64,000 bases of DNA from Cyanophora paradoxa CCMP329 (GCA_004431415.1 QPMI01000537.1:1-64000); one strand, 5' to 3'. Shown: positions 22,301 through 33,100, counted from the first letter of the stretch. Program-made: numbers and translations. Notes: generated from the letters alone by a model not told the origin.

Positions 22301-25300
22301 CGAGGTGCCGTCGCCGGTGGGGCCGTTCCGGACCCCACCGTTTTCCTCGGGGTCAGATGCAGGCGGTTGCCATGGCGGGGCTGGGGTGGGCCGGCCGTCC
22401 AGGCCTAGCACTGACGCGCATCCTGAGCGGACACAGAGTCCAGTTGGATTTATTGCACTGTAGAGATGGGGGGCGTCCCGGGCACGTTCACGCATGAGGG
22501 GTGCGAGTCCGGAACTGAATTTTGTGATTTGAGCAAGCCTCGCATTCAGGGGGTGCGATGCATCGCGGGAGAGCCCTTTCTTGCGGTATTCGCGGGCGAG
22601 GCGCGCACGGTCTACCGGACTGCCCAAATGGCATTTTTCGGTTGCAAGGAGACGGGCGAAGTTCCGGAATTCGCACGTATTTTTAACGTGTGCTCGCGGG
22701 TCAGACTCGACTCTGTAGACTCTGCGAGTGTCGTAGTTCTCGTTCCAGCAGCGCGGGGGCGAAAATAATAGGACCATGTCAAATCCGCCAGGGGGGAAGA
22801 CCGGCTCTCGGCGGGCATGCCACGCGCGTTTTGATGCAACTGTTGCTGCCGGGGACGGGTCTTCGGGGTCAGATTGCCAAGCTGCTTCCTCAGGGTCAGC
22901 CCAGGCAGAAAGGTCTCGGCCGTCAAGTGCCTGCCGGGAGAGGTCTGCGCTGGGGTGCAGAGCCAGTGCCGCAGCAGCTAGGCGGTCGGCTCGTGCGTTG
23001 TCCCGATCAAATGCGCGGTTTGGAACCCTTTCTTCTTCCACCAGCAGGGGCAGGCGCGGTAGTCTTGGTTCATGCAGACCTAGTGCAGCCCGGGCTTCGC
23101 GCCGCCTCTGTCGTTCTGCTCGCCTGGAGGCACGAGACGCTTGCTGCATTTGGTGGACGGCTCGGCGGGCGTTCCGACGGTGGATATGGGCAGTGCCCGC
23201 GCGGAGGTGTTCGGAGATATAGTTGTAGGCTCCGGTTAACGGGTTCGCGCGCCCTTCGTATACTCCCGTGCCAGGGCCATATAGAGCTATCAGTTCCGCC
23301 TCCGTAGGTTCGGGAGCGACCGGGTCGCGGTCAGAAAGGTAAGATACGTATGAGTCTGCGTCTGATTCCGAGTCGTGGTCGGCCATGTCAGCGGGGGCGG
23401 CAGCCGGGCGCGGGCGGCGCCGAGTTATATATTCTTTCTGGTGGGCTTTGACTTTGACAAGACGTTCTTCGTATAGCATTCTGTCGGGTGCCACGGCACT
23501 TGCTAGTGCGAGCCGAATGCGCTGCACCTCAGCATACGCTTTAAGGTGGTGGGAGTACGAGGCTCGGATGCAGCTGCGAAGGGTGGCGGTGGCGCGATGC
23601 GAGACGTACTTGGAGTAGTCCGCCATTGCGGTAAAGCTGTCAGTTTTCACTGTGCAGCCTTCGGGAGAGAGCAGCAGGGCGGACAGGACGGCGAGGAGCT
23701 CGCCTTTGTTATTGTTCACTGTGCCAGGGCACGGGGCTACGAAAAAATCGCTGCCGTCGGTCGGGATGGCGTCTGCAAGGCCGCGAAGTTTCGCTACCTG
23801 GTCAGTATCGACGCCGATTGTGCCCAGCCGGTCAGCTAATGCGTGAATTTGTTGGCGGAGGGCTACGCCTCGCTGCGTGCGGGCAGCTTCGTCAGCTAGT
23901 GAGGCCGGGTTGCTCTCACGGGGCCAGACGCCAGCGTAGGCCGTGAGTGCAGCTTCTGAAGCGGCGTCCATGGTGCTGGCATCCGTGGCTGCGAGTCGGC
24001 GCTCGCGGTCAAGCGGGAGAGAGGTGCGGCCGAGCTCCGCGGCAATCAGGTTCCAAAATGGGTCAGCAAAATCTGACGAGGGGATGCAGAAGTCGCTCAG
24101 CTGACGGCGTTGGGGATAGGCCCGAGGCGCTGTCGGCGGGGGGACGGTCCCAGGGTCCCGAGCGGCGACTCCGTCTGGCCGCTGGGGCGCCTCGTGATCA
24201 TCTGGATCGTAATTCCAGTCCTGTTCCCACGGGGGGAGGAAGTGAGTATCACGGAACTCGGGCCACCACGTTATTTTATCTTCAAGGAAAATGCGAGCAT
24301 GCTCGGCAACACGGCCTGACCGCGACTCGGGGACCAGGCTCTGAAGTCGGGCGGGGTAGATATAGGCTGTGTCTTCGGTCCAGCGGCACCGTTGGGAGGC
24401 CGGGTCTGAGTGGTCACATGCGCGGCGGAGAGCCTCTGCTTCCGGCGTTTTCGCTGTGAAGCGGCTGTCGCATTCTTTGGGATCCATTATGCAGCGGAAG
24501 AAGGAGACGGGTTCACCAGTGGTGTCATAGATGTGGTCCTCTCGGTCGTCCTGGCCTTTGTCACGGCGGACCCAGTGTTCGAGCTCAACGAGGACGCGTT
24601 CTCTGCCGTCGTCGGCGTCAGTTGTCCGTCGAATATTGCAGATGCGCCCTAGGTACGCCTCCGTTGTCCAAACGAAGCCACCTATTTTATATGGGGGCGA
24701 GAGCAGGCCGGATTCAAGAAGGGTACGTTGGGCCGGTGTTGCGCGGTTGTCTAAATTTTGCGCAGGCTGCAGGTGCATGGGGAAGCGGAGACGACGTGGG
24801 ATGGCCCGCGGGCCGACGGGCTGACATATTGCTCGAGTGAACGACGGGAACCAGGAGGGAGGTCTGCTGAGTCGCTGCTTGATTTTCCCGCTGCCCCATA
24901 AGCTAGTCCAGTCTAGCACACTCACGCCGTCGGGCCCCGTGACGTCAGCAGCTGTGAGGATATCGTGGCGCCAAAGGAATGGTGCAGCCTCGCGCATAAG
25001 GCGCGGGGGGAGCAGTGTTGTGAGCACAAAGCGGCGTTCGAGCTGCGGGTGAGGCAGGGCCGGCACGAGATATTCTTTTCCTGAGTCGAGTTTGTAGCCG
25101 GCGCGGGTCAGATTTCGCGCTACAGCTAGTGCAAAGTTGTCTCTGTATGCTGCGGGGCCCAGCTGTAAGTTGGGGTAGCAGTATGGGGGGAGGGGCAGCC
25201 CAAATTGCTCCTGAGCTGCGAATATTCGGTGTGTTATATACGGGAGGAGCAAGGGGTGGTTCGTCCGGATAGTTTCATCAAGCACATGAATAGCGAGCTG

Positions 25301-28300
25301 CTCATCCTCCGTTCGTTTGAGGCCGTAGAAGCCTCGGCTCCACATGAGCGCGTTGGGCGTGGACCCCCGCAGCCGGGCATGGTGCTTAGTGAGCGTCATC
25401 CAGAGGGTGTCAAGCTGGGCACATTGTCTCTCAGTAAAGGAGACAATCTTGCAGGCGTAAGTGACGCGAGGAAGAAGAACGCTATTTACAATGTATATCG
25501 TCTCTTTGGCGGTGAGTTTCTTACGACGTAGGATCGCGCAGGCGGCACGAGCTGTCGAGTAGACAGTCTCGAATTGCCGACGCCAGTCTAGATTTGCTGT
25601 CATCCAGACCCCGAGCACCTTGAACGGTTTGTTCGGCTCAAGAACTTTGTCTGCCGGTTCTTTAGCACCGGGCGGACCTAGTAGCGGCGCAGACGGGCGT
25701 GGGGAGACATTGTTGTAAGTGAATTCAGTTTTCTTCGCATTCAGGGCGATGTCATGTATCCAGAAAAATTCGGAGGCTAGGTCTGCGTGCAGCTGGATGC
25801 CCCGGGCCGTACCGCTAATAAGTACGGTGTCGTCTGCGTATGCTTGCCCCGGCGAGGTCACCCGAGGCAGGCGCGCTCTCAAGCGCCGAGTGGGCGAGGG
25901 CAGATTTGCATCCGATGCAGGGGCCGGCGGGCCCATGGAGTAGTGGGTGCCCTCGGCATCGCTGACTTCGCGTAGGGCCGATAGAAATATGTCATAGAAG
26001 ATAAGCCAGTGGATGGGGGACTCGGTCCCTCCCTGCGGAAGTCCACACTCGACGTCGAAGGGGTCAGTAGGGCCGTACCCGGTCGCAACGGATGCCGTGC
26101 GTGACGTGGATATTTGTCTATACAGGGATATGTACCGTTCAGGAATTTTCAGGCGGCGGAGTGCCATTTCCATGCTGGGCCAGCTGACGCTGTCGTAGGC
26201 CCTTCGAATATCTAGCAGTAATAGGTAGATCGGTTTCGAGAATTGTTTTGCATCCTCCAGGAGCGCACGCAGCATATAGAGGGGCTCGTCGGTAGACTTG
26301 CCCCGTGTGAAGGCAAAGTTTGCTCCCTGTAAAATATTGTGTTTGCTTAGGATGCGCGAGAGTCTGTCGGTGAGGACGGCGGTCACAAGTTTCAGCGTAC
26401 ATTCTTGTAGTGTGATGGGGCGGACATTATCGGGGTGTCCATCCCACTCCCCACCCTTAGGGATGAGACATATATTGCCATGGAGGAGAGGTGTGGGGAC
26501 GGAGGAGAGTTTCAAGGTCAGATTTACGGTAGTGAGGATGACCTGGCGGCACATCGGGAATAAATTGTCAGGGTTTTGGAGCGGCTCCGGGTCCAGACCC
26601 GCTTTGCGCAGTTCCTCGCATGTTTTCTTTGACAGTACCGGGGCCGCCCACAGCATTTTAATCATTTCATGAGAGAAACCCGAGGGTCCCGCTGCACCAT
26701 TTCGTAGAGAGCCGATAATTCGGTCCAGTTCGGCTTCGCTGGTGGGTTCCATTAGGTACGCATAAATTGCATCATCAATATCCTGGCGCGGGGAGTGGAG
26801 CCGGCGCCATATTGAGGCCTCCTGTGCACATGTACTAGGCGGCAGCGCGCCCGGGTCTCTGTTCGCTGTGAGCGGGCTACGTTGCCGTGTCCAGGCGTGC
26901 ATGTGCTGACGTGCAAACCGTTTTACCTCGTCCGCATTGCTGTAAACCTGGTATTCGCCGTCGTGGCAGAGGGAGAAAGAGGTGATGGGCCTGCGCTCGG
27001 GGGCTTCGAGTGTTTGACGAAGATATTGAGCCAGGTCTGTCTTAAACATTCGCTGCGAGCGCTCTCGGTTTGCTTTAATTGTCGATGCTTCGAAGCGTTT
27101 AACGTGAGCCTGGACTCTGGTCTCCAGAGCTGAGACCCATGTGACGAAGCTCGGGAAATAGTCAAGCCAGCGCGGCTGCCGAGCCGAGAATGGTGGAGCT
27201 ACCGGGGGGAGCTGGAGTTTGAGGTAGCTTGGTCTCTTGTCGACGGGCAGTTTATCGATCCGGCGGTTGTGATTGGAAATGGCCTTGCGCAGGTCGGAGA
27301 GGGAGTGCCGTATTCGGCGTGGGGTGGGGTCGACGCCATGGCGCGCTGCCTCCCATGCCTTTCGCAGTTCCTGGGACCGTGTGAGGAGGTTGGATTCTGG
27401 GCGGCCTCGGCGGGAGAATTTCTGAGGAATTTTCGGGGGAGTGTAGATCCCGAATACTGGCGACTGTCCAAGCTCACGGATATGAGTGAGCGTATATTTG
27501 AGGGCTGCATGCAGACGGGCCAGGCGGTCTTCCGGTGGCGAGCTGTCTTCTTCTTCTAGGGAGGCGAGTAGCTCTTGCACACTCGTGGACGCATCCTGGG
27601 ACGGCTGTCGGAGTCGCTCTTCCAGGAGCTCTTTGAAGCGAATTTTTGTAAGCGACGCTTGGGTTGCGTACTTGAAGCGCGGGGGGCCCGGCGTTCGCAG
27701 CGGAGGGCCCTGTTTGCATTCTATGGCAAGAGCCTTTTTGCTGTATTCAGCGAGGAGCGGGAAGTGGTCCGATGAGAAGGGGGCATTTCTGGGCGACACC
27801 TGAGCCGCCCGAAGGGCGTTTTTCGCGACTGGAGAGTTTAGTATGTAGTCAATTCTGGTGGCATGGCGGAGCGTGCCGTCCGGGGCGATACCGCGGGGGT
27901 CAGGGTTATCAGGGGCGTCAGGGAAAATAAAGGAGATTTGGTCGTCGGTGCCCATATCTGTCGCGGCGTCTGAGAGATGCCAGTCGTGGAGCAGCTCATG
28001 CCACCAGCGGTGATCGGGATCTTGTGCTGTTGCGTACAGCCCCCGTCGGATTTTTCCTGTCGCAGGGCAGAGGCAACTGTTAAGGTCCCCAAGTAGGAAA
28101 AAGTGCGCCCGCGGGCGGAGGGCCCAGTCTGCGTACATGTTCAAGCGGAGATATTCTATTATTTTTGCGCTTTCCGTTGATCTCGCAGTACGGCTCTCGC
28201 CGGGAGGGAGGTACACGCTGGCAATAAAGATTTGGACGTTATTTGCAAATCGCAGCTCGCAGCCGACCACACGACCAGGCATGGAGTAGGTTTTGAAGCA

Positions 28301-28768
28301 GTGCTTGGCCATGTTTTCCGAGAGGAAAAGAGCTACGCCGGAGCCGCGAGGGGAGGCTCTTTTTTGGTGGAGTTTTTTCTGAGAGAGACCCGTTTTTTCG
28401 CTGTGCGCAGCGGTGTCGGCATGGACGGACGTGAGCATAAGCCCCGTAGTGACGGAGCGCCGCATCGCTCGCACTGTCGCCTGGGTGCAGTTTAATGACT
28501 GGACTGCGAGGACACTCAGGCCCCAGTCGCACATATATTTTTGAATCTGCCCGACATGATTAACACTGGAGCACGTGCGGGCGTTCCAGGTCGCTATCCG
28601 CCAGTATTGGTTTGAGTCAAACCGGCGGCGTATTATTCCCGATTTGTGTTGGGCGGCGGCAGGCCGGGCGCCAAGGCGATTGTGCGTGAAATGGTCGAGC
28701 GGGAACAGCGTTCGGAGCAGCGGGGCGGGGCGGCCGTTAGCAGGGCCAGGAGCACTAGCTGCACTCAT
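19394..28768 (-). CDS. LINE ORF2 polyprotein (~3120 aa): AP endonuclease, reverse transcriptase, RNase H, CCHC zinc finger, Ulp1/SENP (C48) protease
   Basis: APE motifs IATWNA, LLGDLN, RIDYIL, SDH (~28600-27750). RT motifs RPITL, LDIRRAYDSV, GLPQGG..SP, AYADD, FKVLG (~26430-25600). RNase H motifs ATDAS, NNKGELLAV, KTDS, KVKAH, NARADRLA (~23990-22980). CVRSGC..ETHDHAFGLC and IWKARN. Ulp1 motifs WVNADVINYY, GHWIL, YDG, QQDRFNCG (~21130-20620). First ATG is at 28768. Confidence 0.95.
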   Translation of the reverse strand: MSAASAPGPANGRPAPLLRTLFPLDHFTHNRLGARPAAAQHKSGIIRRRFDSNQYWRIATWNARTCSSVNHVGQIQKYMCDWGLSVLAVQSLNCTQATVRAMRRSVTTGLMLTSVHADTAAHSEKTGLSQKKLHQKRASPRGSGVALFLSENMAKHCFKTYSMPGRVVGCELRFANNVQIFIASVYLPPGESRTARSTESAKIIEYLRLNMYADWALRPRAHFFLLGDLNSCLCPATGKIRRGLYATAQDPDHRWWHELLHDWHLSDAATDMGTDDQISFIFPDAPDNPDPRGIAPDGTLRHATRIDYILNSPVAKNALRAAQVSPRNAPFSSDHFPLLAEYSKKALAIECKQGPPLRTPGPPRFKYATQASLTKIRFKELLEERLRQPSQDASTSVQELLASLEEEDSSPPEDRLARLHAALKYTLTHIRELGQSPVFGIYTPPKIPQKFSRRGRPESNLLTRSQELRKAWEAARHGVDPTPRRIRHSLSDLRKAISNHNRRIDKLPVDKRPSYLKLQLPPVAPPFSARQPRWLDYFPSFVTWVSALETRVQAHVKRFEASTIKANRERSQRMFKTDLAQYLRQTLEAPERRPITSFSLCHDGEYQVYSNADEVKRFARQHMHAWTRQRSPLTANRDPGALPPSTCAQEASIWRRLHSPRQDIDDAIYAYLMEPTSEAELDRIIGSLRNGAAGPSGFSHEMIKMLWAAPVLSKKTCEELRKAGLDPEPLQNPDNLFPMCRQVILTTVNLTLKLSSVPTPLLHGNICLIPKGGEWDGHPDNVRPITLQECTLKLVTAVLTDRLSRILSKHNILQGANFAFTRGKSTDEPLYMLRALLEDAKQFSKPIYLLLLDIRRAYDSVSWPSMEMALRRLKIPERYISLYRQISTSRTASVATGYGPTDPFDVECGLPQGGTESPIHWLIFYDIFLSALREVSDAEGTHYSMGPPAPASDANLPSPTRRLRARLPRVTSPGQAYADDTVLISGTARGIQLHADLASEFFWIHDIALNAKKTEFTYNNVSPRPSAPLLGPPGAKEPADKVLEPNKPFKVLGVWMTANLDWRRQFETVYSTARAACAILRRKKLTAKETIYIVNSVLLPRVTYACKIVSFTERQCAQLDTLWMTLTKHHARLRGSTPNALMWSRGFYGLKRTEDEQLAIHVLDETIRTNHPLLLPYITHRIFAAQEQFGLPLPPYCYPNLQLGPAAYRDNFALAVARNLTRAGYKLDSGKEYLVPALPHPQLERRFVLTTLLPPRLMREAAPFLWRHDILTAADVTGPDGVSVLDWTSLWGSGKIKQRLSRPPSWFPSFTRAICQPVGPRAIPRRLRFPMHLQPAQNLDNRATPAQRTLLESGLLSPPYKIGGFVWTTEAYLGRICNIRRTTDADDGRERVLVELEHWVRRDKGQDDREDHIYDTTGEPVSFFRCIMDPKECDSRFTAKTPEAEALRRACDHSDPASQRCRWTEDTAYIYPARLQSLVPESRSGRVAEHARIFLEDKITWWPEFRDTHFLPPWEQDWNYDPDDHEAPQRPDGVAARDPGTVPPPTAPRAYPQRRQLSDFCIPSSDFADPFWNLIAAELGRTSLPLDRERRLAATDASTMDAASEAALTAYAGVWPRESNPASLADEAARTQRGVALRQQIHALADRLGTIGVDTDQVAKLRGLADAIPTDGSDFFVAPCPGTVNNNKGELLAVLSALLLSPEGCTVKTDSFTAMADYSKYVSHRATATLRSCIRASYSHHLKAYAEVQRIRLALASAVAPDRMLYEERLVKVKAHQKEYITRRRPRPAAAPADMADHDSESDADSYVSYLSDRDPVAPEPTEAELIALYGPGTGVYEGRANPLTGAYNYISEHLRAGTAHIHRRNARRAVHQMQQASRASRRAERQRRREARAALGLHEPRLPRLPLLVEEERVPNRAFDRDNARADRLAAAALALHPSADLSRQALDGRDLSAWADPEEAAWQSDPEDPSPAATVASKRAWHARREPVFPPGGFDMVLLFSPPRCWNENYDTRRVYRVESDPRAHVKNTCEFRNFARLLATEKCHLGSPVDRARLAREYRKKGLSRDASHPLNARLAQITKFSSGLAPLMRERARDAPHLYSAINPTGLCVRSGCASVLGLDGRPTPAPPWQPPASDPEENGGVRNGPTGDGTSAARNARHAPRPPPIVSGTPETHDHAFGLCPATRTLRIETQTKIFNLLYETISSQRLKTAVDAAAAGDPAYKLPPALRQDGLLLRQLFPAFALADDANWGWSEHQRQRPGPLPPHLTQPLYGLPDQWQSLGSKLFADLACDSPRHTVRLLLPRSLIPALIYLDVRRPAAHKCANAIMATILDYTQAIWKARNSEVQSWQRRHGITRSQTHASRPSRPAEPSQARSMHMTARMRNEPTSPSTAAAPAQRRRIPNGQLTLSSDLKLVSQSRRSRTRAAPPAPWPATAPPTTAIPATPVLVPPNAAPSSNPRPRPVARPTAGPDAANSITNTSASNAGWPAPPSPPTLRAAWAQVRRSPTRALPNSAVRELPAARSGPAALFGSASVSLHDLATLNGSSWVNADVINYYLARLNLLANGETNPRRRVLLFPHTFYDAIPQTITPAGSARLRRRTTGRGINVLDYDLLLFPIHTPGHWILAALHLRARRAELYDGFNLPGPAAARRQLLPLLQWLNMEREREAPGPLTGADNALTWPFPSATRFPIPAQQDRFNCGIFVCAFAEMLVRALEHDLTAYTPPFTGTVSNCATWRGLILTRILGSQALNTEMPTDTASRSQPEPPRAIPVAAPAPGELPRDAPLSCTCGYAAASPEALAQHKRKGKCTAPPSPPKTGETDRAPQDEAIAGPSRPKIVTLAPEPQYRPRAPPSAQTAPRPAAWHSRADIRTFFQPRSRPSVVNDTSIARPAANPTSTTPPWPISSSPIARPQSPQDSPPAQVPPPDPPAAQADGMATVRTRRPRLLREIQESAGFRAARGNNSGPGPRPRRSRTAAAASSTPAADHGHAQRRDGAPPAAASAVPEPLPEPQDRPPPQDRPPPRPPHRRGPALAPASSPAPPPPPPFPFSKRALQLHPPHLAPPATCPICSLSLHRHRRLLRLPRPLLCPAREHAMYHRGDLLLSLLIFGISPLGFKP

Positions 28769-28772
28769 TTGA

Positions 28773-30192
28773 TTAAAATGTTGCACTGGCTCCCTCGATC
28801 CTCCGGCGCAGGCCGGCGGTTGATTTGGCTGTGCGGGCTGAAGGAGGGTGTAGCGTGCTCAGTGAACCTGGGGCTAGCCCTAGGCCTGTGGCGGGGGCGG
28901 GGGGTTGGGGCTGGGCCCTGGGGCCTGAGCTGGTGAGGCGCGTGTCCGTGCGACGCGGCAACCTGTGCATGTAGGGTCGGCAGTACTGCCCCCTGTCCCA
29001 GCCAGTGCCGGCGCCGCGGCCGTGATGGAGGGCATGCTCAGGGGGTCCGGAGCGCCGGCGGCTCGGCGTCGGCTGCGGGTGCCAGGAACATCTGGCCCGA
29101 GAGCGGAGGTCAGAGTCTTCGGACTCGCGGGTCACACTGTTCCGGGCTCGGGGTTCGAATTCCGGTCCCGTTGTTGCTGTGGCCTGCATGGCTAAGCCGG
29201 CACTTACAGCTAGCACTGGTCCGCTCCGGCGGCTCGGGCCGCTCCGGCGGCTCGGGCCGCGGCGCCGGCTGGAGTCGCCTTCGGTGTTGACGTCTGCGCT
29301 TGCCGCGGCCGGTCGCGACGGCCGGGGCCGCGGCGGCGCCTGTGGCAAGAATGCGCACAGGCCAGCTTTGGGCCTATAGCTAGGGCGGCCGGCTTTCGGA
29401 CCCGGTTTGGCGGTTCGTAGATCGGCAGGCTTGTGGGCCCGATTTGGCCGTTCGTGACGGATTGGGTGGTTCGAGATGAATAGGGAAAGGAGCTCGAGGT
29501 CGGGCGATCTAGAGCTCGAGAGTTCGATGTTAATTTTAATCGCAGTTGCATGTCGGTCGCCGTCCGGGTAGGCTCGGTCGGGTAGCGTAATTAAAAATAT
29601 TAATGTGGCATGCCGGGGGTGCCGGCCGCGGCGCCGGCACCGGTGTCGTCTACGTATATATGTATGTGTATATATACCGCTAGGCCTAGGCGCCGGCGTG
29701 TACATGTAGTGTCTGGCAGGCCCCACGGCCTGCTGGGGCCGGGTCCTATGGGTAGCGGTTGGTGCTGGCGGGTTATGCTGTCCGGTCAGGTCGGCGGTGC
29801 TGTCATAGCTAGACTTGTCTAGGTGTGCTAGCGTGGCTGTCAGGCGTGCGCGTGCCGGCCGGGGCCGGGTCCGCGCTGTTGCTGGGTACGTTGTCCACCC
29901 GCGTACCCCCCTCTGCGCATGCATCCCCGTGCGCATGTTCCCCCTTAAATCTATAGCTAGGCTTGCATTTGCGAGGGTGCTGCATATGCATGCGCAGCTG
30001 GTGCTGGATGCAATTGTCCGTTGGAGGGGACACTCACGGTGCCGGTTGATTATTATATATATGGACCCGGTCGGCTCATCAGCTGGCGGTGCAGGCTCAT
30101 CCTCAGGGTCTATGGGATCTTCCCTGCCGTCAGCCGGGCTCCCCATCCGGCTGCCCAGTGAGTTGAGCGGCGCGAATGGGTTGCGGTCCGGC
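28773..30192 (-). CDS. probable 3' remnant of LINE ORF1
   Basis: Open frame (NPFAPL near its start) ending in TAA four bases before the ORF2 ATG (TAATCAAATG), a typical ORF1/ORF2 junction. No gag knuckle or RRM recognised. Confidence 0.45.
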
Positions 30193-33100
30193 TTTTTTTT
30201 TTTTTTGTTTTTGAGTTTTCCGTAGTTTATTAGGGGACAGAGCCCCTGGTACACAAAAAACATCGTTTTCTGTCTACCCTAGGCCTAGGTCTACCCTAGG
30301 CCAACTAATATACTTTAGCCTAGTCTACTCCCCACTATTGGGTCTCCGACTAGGCGCCCCAAGGGCTATACCCTATTGCGAGCCCCGCCCCCTCTACCCT
30401 TGAGGCGGCTCTCTCGGAGCCTCCCCCCCGCGACGGGCCAGGGCCGGTCACGATGGGGTGGGGTAGAGAGGTGGCAGGGGGCTGGGGCCGGGGAGATTGT
30501 TGGGCTGGCAGGCTCAGGGTTTAAAGCCAAGCGGCGAGATCCCAAAGATGAGAAGAGAGAGGAGGAGATCTCCGCGGTGGTACCTCGCGTGTTCCCGTGC
30601 AGGACAGAGGAGCGGGCGTGGAAGGCGGTGGAGGTGGCGGTGTCGGTGGAGCGACAGGGAACAGATGGGACAGGTTGCTGGAGGGGCGAGATGGGGAGGG
30701 TGGAGCTGGAGAGCCCGTTTCGAGAAGAGGAAGGGTGGAGGAGGGGAGGGTGCGGGGGAGGAGGCTGGGGTGAGGGCCGGGCCTCTTCGGTGGGGAGGGC
30801 GGGGCGGCGGCCGGTCTTGTGGGGAGGCCGGTCTTGAGGTTCGGGAAGAGGCTCGGGCACAGCTGATGCGGCTGCGGACGACGCTCCATCCCGCCGCTGG
30901 GCGTGACCATGAGCAGCAGCAGGGGTGACGGAAGCTGCTGCAGCTGTTCTAGATCTGCGGGGGCGAGGTCCGGGTCCGGAATTATTGCCTCGGGCTGCAC
31001 GGAATCCCGCCGACTCTTGAATTTCTCGAAGGAGGCGCGGGCGTCGCGTCCGCACTGTTGCCGTGCCGTCGGCTTGTGCCACTGGTGTGTCAGGCGGGGG
31101 CACTTGCGTTGGCGGACTGTCCTTTGGACTCTGGGGCCTAGCTATAGAGGTGTCGCTGACGGCCGACGGGCGCGGGCGGGGTTGGAAGAAGGTGCGGATG
31201 TCTGCTCGCGAGTTCCGGGCCGCAGGCCTTGGGGTAGGCTGCGCGCTCAGCGGAGGCCGGTATTGGGGTTCCGGTGCGGGCGTGACTATTTTGGGCCTGG
31301 ATGGGCCTGCAATGGCTTCATCTTGGGGGGCGCGGTCTGTCTCGCTGGTTTTGGGGGCGACACTGGAGCGGTACATTTTCCTTTGCGTTTGTGCTGCGCC
31401 AGGGCTTCGGGGGAGGCAGCAGCGTAACCGCACCGGCAGCTGAGGGGGCATCCCGTGGCAGTTCTCCCGGGGCCAGCGCAGCCACCGGTATTGCCCGGGG
31501 CTGCTCGGGCTGGGAGGCGGTGCTCGTGGGCGCCTCCGTATCCAAGGCCTGCGAGCCTAGAATCCGAGAAAGAATGAGGCCGCGCCAGGTGGCGCAGTTA
31601 GACACAGTGCCCGTGAAGGAGGGTGTGTAGGCCGTGGGTCATGTTCCAGAGCACGGACAAGTATTTCGGCGAAGGCACAGACGAAAATCCCGCAGTTGAA
31701 GCGATCGTTTTGGGCCGGGATGGGGAATCGGGTGGCTGAGGGGAGGGGCCAGGTGAGAGCGTCGTCGGCGCCGGTCGAGGAGCCTAGGGCTGCGCATTCG
31801 CGCTCCATGTTGAGCCATTTTAGGAGGGGCAGGAGTTGACGGCGGGCCTCTTCGGGGCCCGGGAGATTGTATCCATCGTATAGTTCAGCACGGCGAGCAC
31901 GGAGATGGAGGGCTGCAAGGATCCAGTGGCCCGGGGTGTGGATAGGGAAGAGTAATAGGTCATAGTCAAAGACATTAATTCCGCGCCCAGCGGTGCGACG
32001 GCGCAGGCGGGCGCTGCCCGCCGGCGTTATTGTCTGGGGAATAGCGGCGTAGAAAGTGTGCGGGAAAAGTAAGACGCGTCGGCGAGGGTTAATTTCTCCG
32101 CTCGCAAGAAGGTTTAGTCGGGCAAGGTAGTAGTTGATGACGTCGGCGTTCACCCAGGACGAGCCGTTCAGCGTGGCTAGGTCATGGAGCGATACGGAGG
32201 CACTGCCAAACAGTGCAGCGGGGCCGCTGCGGGCTGCCGGGAGCTCTCGGACTGCGCTGTTGGGTAGAGCGCGGGTAGGGGAGCGGCGTACTTGGGCCAG
32301 GCGGCACGTAATGCAGGTGGGGACGGCGGAGCCGGCCACCCTGCATTACTGGCATTAATATTGGTGATGCTGTTAGCAGCTGCCGGCCTAGCTACAGGTC
32401 TAGGTCTCGGGCTCGAGCTCGGGGCGGCGGTAGGGGGCACCGGCGTTGCGGGTATCGCTGTTGTAGGGGGGCCGTGGCCGGCCACGGTGCTGGGGAGCAG
32501 CGCGGGTTCGAGAGCGGCGCGACTGGCTGACTAATTGTAGGTCTGATGAGAGGGTGAGCTGGCCGTTGGGTATCCGTCGACGCGGGGCCGGGGCCACCAC
32601 GGTCGAGGGGCTCGTGGGCTCATCCCTAATCCTGGCTGGCATCGACCTCGCCGGTGAGGGCTCAGCAGGGCGCGAGGGTCGAGGTGCATGAGTTTGGCGG
32701 CGAGTAATCCCGTGTCGGCGTTGCCAGGACTGGACTTCGCTATTGCGAGCCTTCCAGATTGCTTGGGTGTAGTCTATGATGGTGGCCATAATTGCGTTGG
32801 CGCATTTAAGCGCCGCCGGTCTACGTACATCTAAGTAAATCAGGGCAGGGATGAGGCTACGAGGAAGGAGGAGCCTGACGGTGTGGCGGGGAGAATCGCA
32901 GGCAAGGTCGGCGAAGAGTTTGCTGCCGAGGCTTTGCCACTGATCGGGCAGGCCATAGAGTGGCTGCGTGAGGTGCGAAGGAAGGGGGCCCGGCCGTTGG
33001 CGCTGACGCTCTGACCATCCCCAGTTTGCATCGTCAGCCAGTGCAAAGGCCGGGAACAGTTGGCGCAGCAACAGTCCGTCCTGGCGCAGGGCCGGGGGCA

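Larger units (their letters stand above)
19085..30192 (-). mobile_element. non-LTR retrotransposon copy 1 (APE-RT-RNase H type, Proto1/RandI/L1-like), 5'-truncated in ORF1
   Basis: Poly(A) tail at 19084-19093 and AATAAA at 19107-19112 (-). Small stem-loop agggg-acagag-cccct just upstream. The 3'UTR is near-identical to that of copy 2, and ORF2 is intact. Confidence 0.93.

Noticed and set aside
21700-22450. Dualen/RandI-type restriction-like endonuclease after the zinc finger
   Set aside because: No PD..D/E..K motif is recognisable; the region instead has the L1-like IWKARN motif.
19085-30560. LTRs (19085-19400 versus 30200-30500 look like long direct repeats)
   Set aside because: They are the 3' ends of two tandem LINE copies, each with AATAAA and poly(A). 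There are no TG..CA termini, PBS or integrase.
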